Source of the DNA: the human T2T-CHM13v2.0 reference genome, Homo sapiens
Reading direction: 5' to 3' (one strand)
DNA: 64,000 bases
Assembly (NCBI RefSeq): GCF_009914755.1
Contig: NC_060933.1
A model generated the notes under the pieces. That model made no database searches. It was not told the DNA's origin and worked only from the letters and a program-made list of their open reading frames with translations. Made by a program: the position numbers and the translations under genes. The number at the start of each line of letters is the position of its first letter. The first letter of the stretch is position 1. Below, one piece after another: positions 1 through 12,600 of this stretch.

Positions 1-82
1 AAACCTTCATTTTGTAAAAAAAAAAAAAATGCAATACCTGCAAACCACAATGAAGCAATGCACAATAAAATGAAGTATGCCT
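1..82 (-). mobile_element. Tigger1 (TcMar) DNA transposon terminus
   Basis: Reverse complement resembles the Tigger1 start CAGGCATACCTCGTTTTATTGCGCTTCGC...TTTTTACAAATTGAAGGTTT. Confidence 0.75.
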
Positions 83-131
83 AAACATTTTATTATGGAG
101 AGTCTCAAAATCTGTATTTTGAAAGAAGATG

Positions 132-735
<604 letters not shown>

Positions 736-1889
736 GAATAAGCATCTAATGAAATGATACATAACATGTCTTATGGTAAACATCAGAAGAAACCTGTTCT
801 TTACTTCTTTACCTTCTCTTCAGGAATAGAAAAAAAAGGCTTGGGTTTGCTCGCTGGAAAACTGAGGCCAAGGAAATCAGCAGGCCTCTCTGGTGCCCCC
901 CCCCCCTCCATCTTTTCCAGCTGTGCTGGCATCCACCTGTCCTCCCAACCAACCAACTATCTACTGAATGCCCAGTATGAGAGGAGACAGAGAGGAATGA
1001 GATGCAGTCCTGGCCTTCATGAAGCTCTTGGTAGGAGAAGGCAGAGCTCCCAACAGGGACAGACACAGCTCAGCCTCCTTAATGGGAGCAGACTTGATAC
1101 CACAATCTGATAACTAAGAGACAGGTTTCCATTGGGGGAACCTGGGAGGGCCTTAAAAGAATTTAGACAGGAGGTCATAGCACAGTGATGTGGCGGCGAA
1201 AATGGGTACCAGAGGAAGAACCAAGGCAGAGGCCCAGGGAGTCAAAAGCTTAAGGTGTACATGAGGTTGCTCGAGAGGGCTGGGGACTGACAGGTACCTG
1301 GTGGGAGATGATGCTGGAGGCAGATGGAAGTGGGTTTCTGGATGGCCTTAAAAGTACTGCACGGCAGCATCCCCAGGAGTGGTAAAGGAGTGATGCCCAG
1401 GAACCTCTGGGCAGGGAGGAGCTGGGCAGGACACAGGCTGGCACAGACGTGCAGGAGCCTTGCTGGAAATGATAGACGCTGGCCTGCAGGCCCTTCACCT
1501 CTAATTTTCCCAGCTGGGCTTGTCTGGGAATCCATACCACTCCCTAATCATGGGGTAGCAAGCTAGGTAGAGTTGTATGGCTCTTCACTCCCAGGCCCTG
1601 CCACTACCTCTCAACCCAGGAAACCTCTATTCTGCCAGTGGTAGGCATGCCATCTGATCTCTCTCACATGGCTTTGCAGCCACCGGGGATCCGTGCCTGA
1701 GACGCCAGGGTTGCAGGTAGATTAGGCTCAGGGCCCCAGCGGTGTCAGGAAGGGCTGCATTACTGGAATGATGCACTTGCCACTTAGCGGGGCTGCCCCT
1801 CGCCAACCACCTGGAGGGAGGCAAAGCCCTGGGTCCAGGTGAACCGACAGGCATAGCAGCACTGTGTGCTGGGTGAAAACACCGATCCC

Positions 1890-2070
1890 ACTAGAGTGCT
1901 TAGTCTGAATCCTGGCTCCAACAGGTGACCTGGGGCAAGTTACCTCAGTTTCTTCATCTCTAGAGGGGAGAAAACGGCACCCACTGGAGGAAGGATGTTA
2001 CGAGGATTAAATGAATCCATATACGTCAAGTGTTTCGAACAGTGCCTGGTGCACAGAAGGCGTTTTGTGA
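1890..2070 (+). mobile_element. MIR
   Basis: tgaatcctggctc...gggcaagttacctcagtttcttcatct...gaggattaaatga...cagtgcctgg core. Confidence 0.75.
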
Positions 2071-5000
2071 ATATTGCCATTTCAACGACCACTCCTGGGG
2101 GCTTCCTTGGAGCCCCATCTCCAAGACTCTTCCTCCTCCAAGGCTGTCTTTGCCCACAGAGCCACAGAAGGCCTGCTGACTGAAGCCTCACAGGCCAAAA
2201 ATGCACTGGGAACGGGAGGGTCCCAATACCAACCTTTGAGCCTGTTGCCATTTCTGGGTCCACAACTCCCGAGGCCAGTGCCACTTTGATAATCTGACAC
2301 CCCCACATAGGAGCCATACTCTAGGTCAGCTCTTGTACGTAACGTGAAACACACAGGGAAGGTCTCATGTATGTCTAGTCACCCCATTTTATAGATGGGG
2401 AAACTGAGGTCAGGGGAAGGGAAGAAAGTCACAGGGACTAGGCCCCAGGCTCCTTAACTCCTGGACCAGGGCTCTCCTGGCCTTTTCCAGACACTTTCTG
2501 ACATTTTTTTTTTAAATCAGTCTGTCTTGTTTTTGGTCTTCTGGGGCCAGGGCGTCTATTGCAGTCAGGTCCCTGAGGTGTTAAAAGCACACCTGGCACC
2601 ACGGAGTGAGCGATGAGCTCTGCGGGAGTGCCAGGCGGTTCTTCCTAATTAGACACGCGGCAAAACCAGCCAAGTTCCAGGTGCCACATCAAAAGGGAGG
2701 TGACTTTACCCCCATCTAAACCATTCAAACGTCTGCTGGAGAAGAATCCTCCCCCTAACCAGGGTGCTTCAACGTCTGAATTCAGGGGTCCCTCAGAGGC
2801 TGAGGGTGAGTGGCATGGAAGAGCAGGGCTGCAGGACGGCAAGGGCAAGGCAGGGCAGGGCAGCTCAGAGACGGAGCTGGAGCCACCCCAACCGTCACAC
2901 GGCAGGAGGCCCCACCTCCTCCTCATCTATCTAGTCTAGTTTCCGGAGCTGTCTAGGAGCCAGGAGACTGACTAATTGGAGTTCTTCTGTCATCTCTTTT
3001 CCAGGCATGCACAGAAACACCCAACCAACAGAGGGTGGGCTCTGCGGAAGCAGGGCTGTGGGACAACAATGGTCACCTTAGGAGCAGAGCAGGGCCTATG
3101 GCTGCCTGGCTGAACCTGTACTGCCTGATCTTTTATGCTCAGCCTGAGGGCAAGGGAAAGGCCCAAGTCTGGAGTCAGGGTGCCTGGGTTTGCTCCCTTC
3201 CCTTGGTTGTCTGTACAAGGACAGGGTCTTCTCGTGAGCCCCTCTGGCCTGAAGTACTCGAAGAGAGACAAAGCCTGCAAACCTGATGACGACCAATTGC
3301 TTTCATTGTGAGTAAAAAGGCCACGTGGACCTTGCCGTGCAGCTCTGCAATGATCCACAGTGTCCATTAGCCCTACCATCACTCTGCATCTTCCAGTGAC
3401 TGCCTTTGCGTGCGGAGGCCTCTAAGCCGCTGCAGGCCTGCGTTCTGGCGCCATCCCCCGTGGAGACTCACTGAGGCGAGCTTGCTGCTCTGGGGGCCAA
3501 AAGCAGGGGGCGAGTGGGCCTCCCTTTAAAGGAGCCATGTCTACTTAGGAGACTGCTTTCTAAATCCTCGCCGACTGCAACATCCAACTTCATAGGCAAG
3601 TGGGGTGCCTGTTTTTCTTCCTCGAATACCCACTGAACCCCTACTATGTGCCACATTAGACCTGAGGCCAGATGCTGAGCACTAGATGCATTAGATGAGG
3701 GTCCTGCCTCCTAGGGAACTCATGGCTTAGCAGGAGAATCGGGACACCACCGTCTGTAAGCGCTGAGTTGGACAGCAGTGACGAGTGAGCGCCTGCCTGC
3801 GCCAGGCACTGTCCTGTGTCCTGGGCACTGGGAGTAAATTACTCCTCATCCTCAAAACAGAGAGGCAAGAGTTATACTGCATTTTATAATTCAGAAACTG
3901 AGGTTCAGACAGGAGCAGAGGCTAAGCCAGGACAAGCCTAGTTCTGCCTGGCTCCCAGCGTCCTAGAGTGGTGTATGTACCAGCAGCTTGATGGAGGCAG
4001 AAAGGAAATCTAGCCCTAGGATTCAGTAAAACTTCAGGGAGGAGGTGGCATTTCACAGAATCTCAAGTCCTGATGCAAGGAGACACCTTGAGGGCCAGGG
4101 ATGCCAACGGACCCTGCCTGGTGTCACAAACAGCGAGGAGTGGGCCCAGGTGTAGAAGGCTCTCCAGGAGAGGACGATGAGGCCATCAGGACAAAGGGCA
4201 ACTGGGGCAGGACAAGCATAAACCAAGTTTGGGAGAGAGGAAAGCTGGGGGATGTTGAGGTGAAAATCAGGGTTCTTGCTGCCTTAAGCCTAATGCTCAT
4301 GAGGTAGAAGGAAACAGGGAATGGCCCCCACAGAAGGTGGGGCCAGCTATGGAGGATCTGGGATGCCAGGACTAGGGGTGCAGCCACTAAAGGCAAGAAA
4401 CTGGGAAAGGTGGACCAGGAGCCTTCATTGGGTTTGTGCTTCACATACACAAAATCCTTTAAGAAGCTGGCAGGACACATGGGGATGTGGTAACTAGACA
4501 CTGATAATCTGAAGGTTGGGCCTTCCAAACAACTAGGGCTCCACCCTTTCAAGAAGTGGGCAGAAGATGCCCAGGGCTCCAGAAAGCAAAACACACTCCT
4601 GTGAACAGCCCCCAGATGTGGAAATGCTGGCATATCCACTGGGATGATGAGCAGGGGCTGGGCTAGCACGGGTGGCATCAGCATCCTCAGGCCAACCATG
4701 ACAGGGCGGGCATCCCCGGGGCCCCTGTGCTGCAGAAAGCCAGGGCCCAGCAGGGACTTCACAGGGCTGCAGCACACACAGGCAGATGTGCGTCCCAGCT
4801 TGTTCCTTCTGAGTATCGACAGACCACAGCTGCACGAAGGGCCAGCGCCCCACACACGCGATCTTCCAGTCTGCTGGGCACGGTGCGGTCTCTGCCTCCA
4901 GAGAGGCCTGGGACCACACTCTAATGAGGTAAAGCCATAGGGGACAGGCTTTCACGCCAGACCAGTCACGGCTATACCCCTTACCCTGTGGGGGCTTCCC

Positions 5001-5159
5001 TGCTCACCAAGTGGCTTCACCTGCAGCTCTCACAGAACCTCACAGAGCGAACCTCAGAGGGGCTGTGGTGCAGCCAGGACCCTCCCCGCCTGACTGCTGC
5101 CAAGTCCACAGCTCAGACAAGCTCAGTGGTTGGGCCAACATCGCAAAAACTCAATTGTC

Positions 5160-5360
5160 AATAGTGCAGTAATCACCATTCTAGGAACACTGCGTGCTGG
5201 AGTCTGCTAAGTGCATGCCATCCAGCTTCTCGTTTAACTCTCAAGACAACCCCATGAGGTGGTACCCCACAGACACTGCCATTTTATGGACAGCCACAGG
5301 GCAAGCGAGGAAGGGATGGAGGCAGTCTGGCTCCAAAGTCCATGTCCTTAACTGTGCAGC
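5160..5360 (-). mobile_element. MIR
   Basis: tttaactctcaagacaaccccatgaggt...ccattttatgga...cagtctggctccaaag antisense core. Confidence 0.6.
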
Positions 5361-6562
5361 TATCTACAGTGCCTTTCCAGCCCAAGTCAGTGTTCCCTCC
5401 ACTCCACTAGGGACAAAAGAACACGGACACATTCAGGTCAGCAAGGAAGGCAGGCACTAAAGAGCCCAGTCCCAGCTCCAGCTCTGTCCGGATCCCACAA
5501 GGTTGAGTGACACCAGGCAAGTCGCTTCCTCCCTCTGGCTGTCAGTTGGTCATCAGTCAGGGTCACTGGAGTAATCTCAGGCTCCCTGCCCTCTAGCCCT
5601 GAGGTTTATCTGACCACATACAAGTCCCTACAGGATTCATCATGGTTGGGGGGCCTGGGAGGAAAGCCTGGGGTGGTATCACGAGGAAGAGAGTGGCCCA
5701 CCAAGGAGGTATTCAGCACATTCTAGATGCGTCAGAGGGGCGGCCAACACAGGCTGCTGGTGCCGGCCTGGCTGGTGCTTAGTGATTACAAACTGGTAGT
5801 GGGGGCAGGGTGCCAGCTGCCTAGAGTAGAGCCAGGGTCCTCTGCTGGGGAGGACCTTCCCCTCTACCTATATACCCTGGGGGCCCTGGTCACCTGGGCT
5901 GAGGTACCCCTCACCACATGCCAGCCTTCCCAACCAAAGTAGCCCCACCTGTATACCTGGGGCGTCACAGGGTCACTGCCTCAAGCTGAGGGGTGCTGTT
6001 GACAATGTGCCCAGTGCCCAGCACAGCTGCCCCTGCGGAAGCAACTTGCTGAGATCTTGGCACATGCTCTGCCCACCCTTCTTCACTTTGGAACTGCTTC
6101 AAGAGAGGCACTAATCCCCCCAGGGACTGAGAGACAACCTTTGCCTTCTGGATAACAATGACGAGGCTGCCAGCCTGGGACCAGCCTGGCTCCCCGCTCA
6201 CCAGCTGTGTGACCTTGGCCAGCTGCCTGATCCATCAGGGCTAATATTCCTCGCAGATGAGGTGAGAGGGGTTGAACCAGATGATCTCAGAGGCCTTTCT
6301 GACTCCAGAGTTTCTCAGTCTGCTTCTACAAAGAGTGGATATTCACACCGGCTTCTTCTTGTAACTTGCTAATGCTGTGGCTCCATCAAGTTAAGGTGGA
6401 AGGGGACCTGTCAAGAGCACCCATCCTACTAGCATGTTGGACGCTGACCTGGCATCCTGACCACCTTCCAGCAAATGCCTCCAAAATCCGACCACTACAT
6501 GCAACAAGAACTCTGCCCACCGACAAGCTTCTCTTCCATACACAAAGCTGTGCTTTCCTGCC

Positions 6563-7077
6563 TGGGATGGTTCTTTTTATGCGTCAACATGGTTGTCCTA
6601 TGGGGTGCCCAGATAGTTCGTCAAATATTATTCTGAGTGTTTCTGGATGACATCAACATTTAAATTAGTACACTGAATAGTGCAGATTGCACACCCCTCC
6701 TTGTTGGTGGGCCTCATCCAATCAGTTGAAGGCCTGCATAGAACAAAAAGGTGGACCTTCTCCTGAGTCAGAGAGAACTCTACTGCCTGACTGCCTTTGA
6801 GCTGGGGCATTAGCCTTTTTCCTGCCTTCAGACTTGAACTACATCATTGACTCTCCTGGTTCCCAGGCCTTTAGTCTTGGACTGGTACTAAACCACTGGC
6901 TCTCCTGGGTCTCCAGCTTACTAACTTACCAACAAATTTTGGGACTTGGCAGTTTTCATAATCACATGATCCATTTTTTTTTTATAAATCTCTCTGCACA
7001 TGCACATACACACACACACACTCTCTCTCTCACACACACATTTTATTGGCTCTGTTTCTCTGGAGAACCCTAATACA
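6563..7077 (+). mobile_element. MLT2 (ERVL) solo LTR, MLT2D-like
   Basis: TG...CA termini (tgggatggttctttttatgcgtcaac ... tggagaaccctaataca); diagnostic ggcctcatccaatcagttgaaggcctg; internal (CA)n/(CT)n; tgcc on both flanks. Confidence 0.88.
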
Positions 7078-8479
7078 TGCCTCTATGGACAGCCCTTTCC
7101 CCACATGTCCAGAACGTGGTCCTTAGACTAGCTGCTTGTCTGTTTCTCTTCTTAGGAAACAAAGGTCCTGCAAAGACTGGATCAATTCAAAGTCAAGTCT
7201 ATGAGGAATTATCTTTATCACAATACAGAGGGATCCGTCTGCCCCTTCTCCTGACCCCAAAGAACGAGGCATGCAGCCAAATAGCAGTTCCCTAAGAGGA
7301 CCTGCAATTCTTCCTTCAGGAGACTTGACAGTAGCAAAGCCACCATGAGCCCAAGGATCTTGGTGGGACTTCCTACCTGGCCCAGGAGCGATCACCTGCC
7401 AGGGGTCAACCAAAATTTAACAAAAAGGACTAACAGCAAGACTCCCTCCTTCCATATAGCACTTCAAGGTCCACAAAACCCTTTGCATTATTTGGTTCTT
7501 GTAACCACCTGATTGCAGACAGAGCCGGCAACTCCATTTAAGTGGGGAAACGGGAAACTCAAAATTGAAGGGCCTTGCCAAAGTCACAGAGTGAGCGGTC
7601 GGCACAGTTACTATGTCTCCACTTCCTACCCTAATGGCCTTTCCAACTCTAACGTCACTTCTTGTATTTCTTGGTGTTACAGCACATAAAACCCTATTAA
7701 AGTGTTGTTGTTGTTGCTGTTTTCGCTTTTGTTTTAAAGAGGAGTGGGGAAGGAAAAGGTGTGTGTGGGATGCCATGCACAAGAGCCAGGAACCTGAAAG
7801 TTGCCACTATTCAAAATTCCTCTCAGGCGGCTCTTTCCTGTCAATAGCTATTATAGATGACACCATCCACACAACCATCCCAAGAATTATGTGGAAGGAA
7901 ACATCTGGATAATCAACATTTTTGTGCTGGAAGAAACGAGAATAGCCCCTGCTCAGGGCCCTGAAAAGCCGTCCTTAAGAGGTTCCAGACTGTGTGAAAG
8001 ATGTCATCAACTTCCAGAACACGAGACTGGAGGCACCTTGATTGAGTAGAGATGGCCTCATCTCCCCTGGTGGTCTGTTCCAATGGAGTCCCCTCTAGGT
8101 GCCCTGCTGACATGCTGCTGCTCCAGCTTCAAGTTTCAGCCTCTGTTTAGAGCACCAGGTACTCTAAACTGTCAAGGGTGTTGGAGGTGGTACAGGGGCT
8201 CAGAGATGAATCCAATACTCCCACTGTCATCTCTCCTCCACCCTGGGAGCCTTGAGGCTTCTACCATTTTCTAGCCCTTTGCGTGCTCAGGCTCACCCCA
8301 CCCCACCTCTGGGGGTCAAGTTCCAGTTGAATCCACTTAACACATCCCCTGTGATTCCCACAGCAGAACCCAGCTCCACAGATGCTCAGCAAATACTGGT
8401 GAAATGGAATAACATAAACACACAGCCTTTTGCAAATTCAGAATTTAGCACAGAAAACAAATGTTTAAAAAAAAATTTG

Positions 8480-9010
8480 TGTATTCTAAAAAGGGAACTG
8501 TACTCATAGACTGTTGGAGGAGTATAAACTGGAAATGCCCTTTTCAGAGGTAAATATCCTGTGGCCTAAAGTTCCACTTTTAGAAACCTACTCTACAGAA
8601 ATATCCAGACCCACAGGCAGAAATAACTGCTCACAAATTTTGCTACAGAATGAAGGGAGCCCAGAATGAAGGGACCAGAAACTAGGAATAACCTACAAGT
8701 CTATGAACAGGAAAACAACTGAACACATCACACTACAGTCACACGGAATCGTTCAATAGAACAAATGACCTCAGACAAGATCTGTGACAAAGAATAATGT
8801 TTGGCAGGATAGAATTAATGTAGAAAACTGTGTTTGTAGATACGCACAGATGTGTATTTTTGTAAGCAAATGGGAAAAGGGCTATAAGAATACATAAATT
8901 ATTAACAATCCTTGTCTCGGGAGGGAGATTTCACTTTTTACCTCCTATAAGCCTGTATGCTGAATCTTCTTACTCAGAGCACATATTACCTAATGTGATA
9001 ATTAAAATTT
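8480..9010 (+). mobile_element. old L1 (L1ME-type) 3' fragments
   Basis: actcatagactgttggaggagtataaactgg...ttccacttttagaaacctactctacagaaata motifs typical of L1M 3' regions. Confidence 0.65.
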
Positions 9011-9958
9011 TAAAAGGAAGTTGCAAATGTGGCACATGAAGACTCTCCTGTTTGATATTATCAATATCTGTGACAGCACTTGTTGAGGGTCTATGTGGAA
9101 TGAGGCACAGTGCCAGGAGTTCTACATTAACCCCTAGGACAGATGGGGAAACTGAGGCTGAGACTGAGAGGGCAGATACCTGAGCTGGTATGGCAGGGCT
9201 AGAATTTCCCACCTCCGCTTCTCTGATCAGAGTCTGTGCACGCTCTCCTCAGGGCTCCACGCTTTCAGGGACACTGCGTCATGGAATTCCATCAACTTCT
9301 ACTTAATATTCCAGTGAAATGGGCTTCTGCATTCAAGAGTATTTCTAAACAATTTTCACTTCATGTAATGTTTATACATTTTGAAGTTTAGGAAATTAAG
9401 TTTGGAACAAATTATGTATTGGTTTTCAACTCCAAGATGTACATTTTAATTATAACATTCCCCCAAACATGACCCTGGTCATCCACAGAGGTACTCGATT
9501 ATTAAAGAACCATAGTTATGGTCTCAGCACAGGAAATGATGAAAGATTTCCCTAAAAACACAGCTACAAGGACAGGCCTAATGACTTTTTGGGACCCATG
9601 GTTTCACTGCAAAGGGCCCCACTCTCCTGGAAGCTTGATACCCTCTAAGTCACAAGGCAAAGTGATGCCCATCACCCAATTTTGATCAGCAAAGCTCTGA
9701 ACCAAAAACCAAACTGAGATGGATGATAACCCACAGGCTGTGCTCTGTGAAGGAAGGTGTGCTTGGGAGTGAAGGAGGTCAGACACCCTGTCAGAAGAGG
9801 CTACGCCTCACTGAGGGATCTGAAGGGGTTACAGGCAGCACCACGACAGGTTCTTTCCCACAGATTAACATGGGGTCCCAGGCTCCCACACCAGAAACAT
9901 GCTTCTGGTGACTAGTGGCTAGAGTAGGTAAAGGAGGAGGTCCAGATACAACATATCA

Positions 9959-10371
<413 letters not shown>

Positions 10372-10796
10372 TTAGAGAAGCTCATGGCCTAAAAACGTGG
10401 TCTTCTTTGGGGCTAGGTAAGTGTGTCACCTGCTCAAGTACCACTAGGCTAAAGAGGCTTACACTTCAGTGGAGGGGCAACAGGGAGCCACTGAAGGATT
10501 CTGAGGAAGACTCGGGGTGAGCAGGGGCCTGGGGTCTGCCCCGTACTTTATCCCATGCAGGGGGCTGGGTAAGTCGTGTTCCCCTGGCCTGTTTCCTAAC
10601 ATTTTAGACTGGATTCTCACCGGTGGCCTGCCACCATACAGCATGGTGTAAATGAACTAGACAGCACCAACAAGGATCATCAACCACAGGACCACAGGCA
10701 AGTGCTCTCCATGGGGTGCCTGCCACCAGAATCAAATGCTACAGGTATCAGAGATAGAAACAGGGTCTGGTGAGCACCATATACGTATATGCATGC

Positions 10797-10827
10797 ACAC
10801 ACACACAAACACACACACACACACACA
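10797..10827. repeat. (CA)n microsatellite
   Basis: Interrupted CA run. Confidence 0.9.
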
Positions 10828-11352
10828 GTCTCACACTCTAGGCCCTCTAGGAGCCTGATACCCAAGCTCCTGAGAACATGCCCCCAACAGCAGTCAATAG
10901 GTTTCTCTGCAAGGGAGCTCCAAAGCATTTCTTATCAGCTGTGCACATGAGAGTGTCTCAGCCAGGAGTTAGCGGCAGGCGAGGTGAGCGACAGGTGAAG
11001 AGATTTTAATAAAATGACAAGCAGCAGCCTATGTTACAAGAAGATTCTTGAGGTTTGCTGAAGGCTCTTCCTCTTCCTTTTTTCCTGGAATGAGATGAGG
11101 CTTAACACTTGCCTTTTGGATGAAGTCTTGTGACCAAGTGAATGAGAACTGGCAGGGAGAGTGCGATGGGAACGGATGCCTACTTGAATGTGTGTGCGCG
11201 TGTGTGTGTTAAACAAGAAAAAGGAAGTCACAGGAAGAAAAACGAACTGAGCTAAAAATAAGGCTGCTCCAACACTATTGTGAGACAGAAAATATAACCT
11301 CAGTTAGGCAGGGAAGCCAATGTGATATGAAACAGAAAATATAAAGTTCCCA

Positions 11353-11607
11353 GGGAGGGATAGCATTAGGAGATATACCTAATGTAAACGATGGGTTAAT
11401 GGGTGCAGCACACCAACATGGCACATGTATACATATGTGACAAACCTGCACGTTGTGCACAAGTACCTTAGAACTTAAAGTATAATAATAATAATAAAAA
11501 GAAATTACAATGAAGAAATCCTATTCTTTATGTTAACATAAACATTGAGTTTGTGTTAATGTAAGTTAAACATATATTTGTTAATTTATTCTCCCTTAAA
11601 AAAAAAA
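11353..11607 (+). mobile_element. 5'-truncated L1PA (about PA4-6) 3' end plus 3'-transduced segment
   Basis: L1 3'UTR at 11353-11500 (gggatagcattaggagatatacctaatg...gaacttaaagtataataa), unique segment 11501-11597, second A run, and a 19-bp TSD at 11334-11352 and 11608-11626. Confidence 0.92.
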
Positions 11608-12399
11608 AGAAAATATAAAGTTCCCACCTAAAAATAACTGGGAGTGTAAATGTGGACTTCACCGTTGAGAAATACGGAATTTTTGATATAAGCCTGAGCT
11701 TACAGTCTCACTTGGCAGGGAGGAGTTACCTGAACTTTGGAATTTTAAGGTTCTCTTCTAAATAGGAAGCTGACGATACAGAACTGAGATCAACTCCAAG
11801 AGCATTCCTGTCTATTGGCTCAAAGACCTACAAAAAACTTAGACTGTGAAGACTTGCCTGAAGCTGAGACCCAGGACGGCAATGGGTGGAACATGGCTAG
11901 AGTCAGAAGCCTGGCCCCAGCTGCTGCTGGGAGACCCCAGACAGCACCCCGTCTCCTTTGCAGCTTCCTTGTCTGCAAAATAATGGAACCATAGGCGGCT
12001 GATTGACCTCAGTGGTTCATTTACTTACAGAATCACCCTTTTTCATATTATCCCTTTGTTACTTTATAGATGGTTATAGCAACACTGCAATGTGAGAGAG
12101 TAGAAAGTGACCATGAGATCTGGAATGGACTCTCAGCTGGCCACTCCAAGCTGTGTGACCCCAGCAAATCCTCCAACTTCTCTCTGCTTCCAGCTCCTCA
12201 AAAGTCAAATAAGTCAGTAGATATGAAAGAGTAACCAATGAAGAGCACCGTGCATATAAATATTATTCTCTTCTGTCCCATCCCTCATTCCAACTTGATC
12301 AGGTTAGAATAAATGCAAATGTAACTCAAATGACTGATTACTTCCCATTTGATTCCACATACGAAATACACTGGCAATTCCAAATACCAGTAAGTTCAT

Positions 12400-12600
12400 T
12401 TTGGAACTGGACTCGGGAGACTTAGGTTCAAACCCTGGCTCTGCCGCCTACCAGCCTATGCCCTCTGGGGAGCGATTTGCCCCAGTAGAGACTTGGCAAC
12501 CTCTGTTGTGGAGTGGGGAGAATATTAATATCAATTTCATGGCGCTGTTTAAAATAAAACCAAACAAAAGGTATATAAAAGAGACCTGTAACCATAAAAC
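12400..12600 (+). mobile_element. MIR (degraded)
   Basis: ttggaactggactcgggagacttaggttcaaaccctggctctgcc head. Confidence 0.6.

Noticed and set aside
4124-4855. 243-aa minus-strand ORF
   Set aside because: Non-ATG start, composition typical of chance GC-rich frames, no recognisable homology or exon structure.
8646-8674. Tandem copy of cagaatgaaggga
   Set aside because: Ordinary short slippage duplication inside an old L1 fragment.
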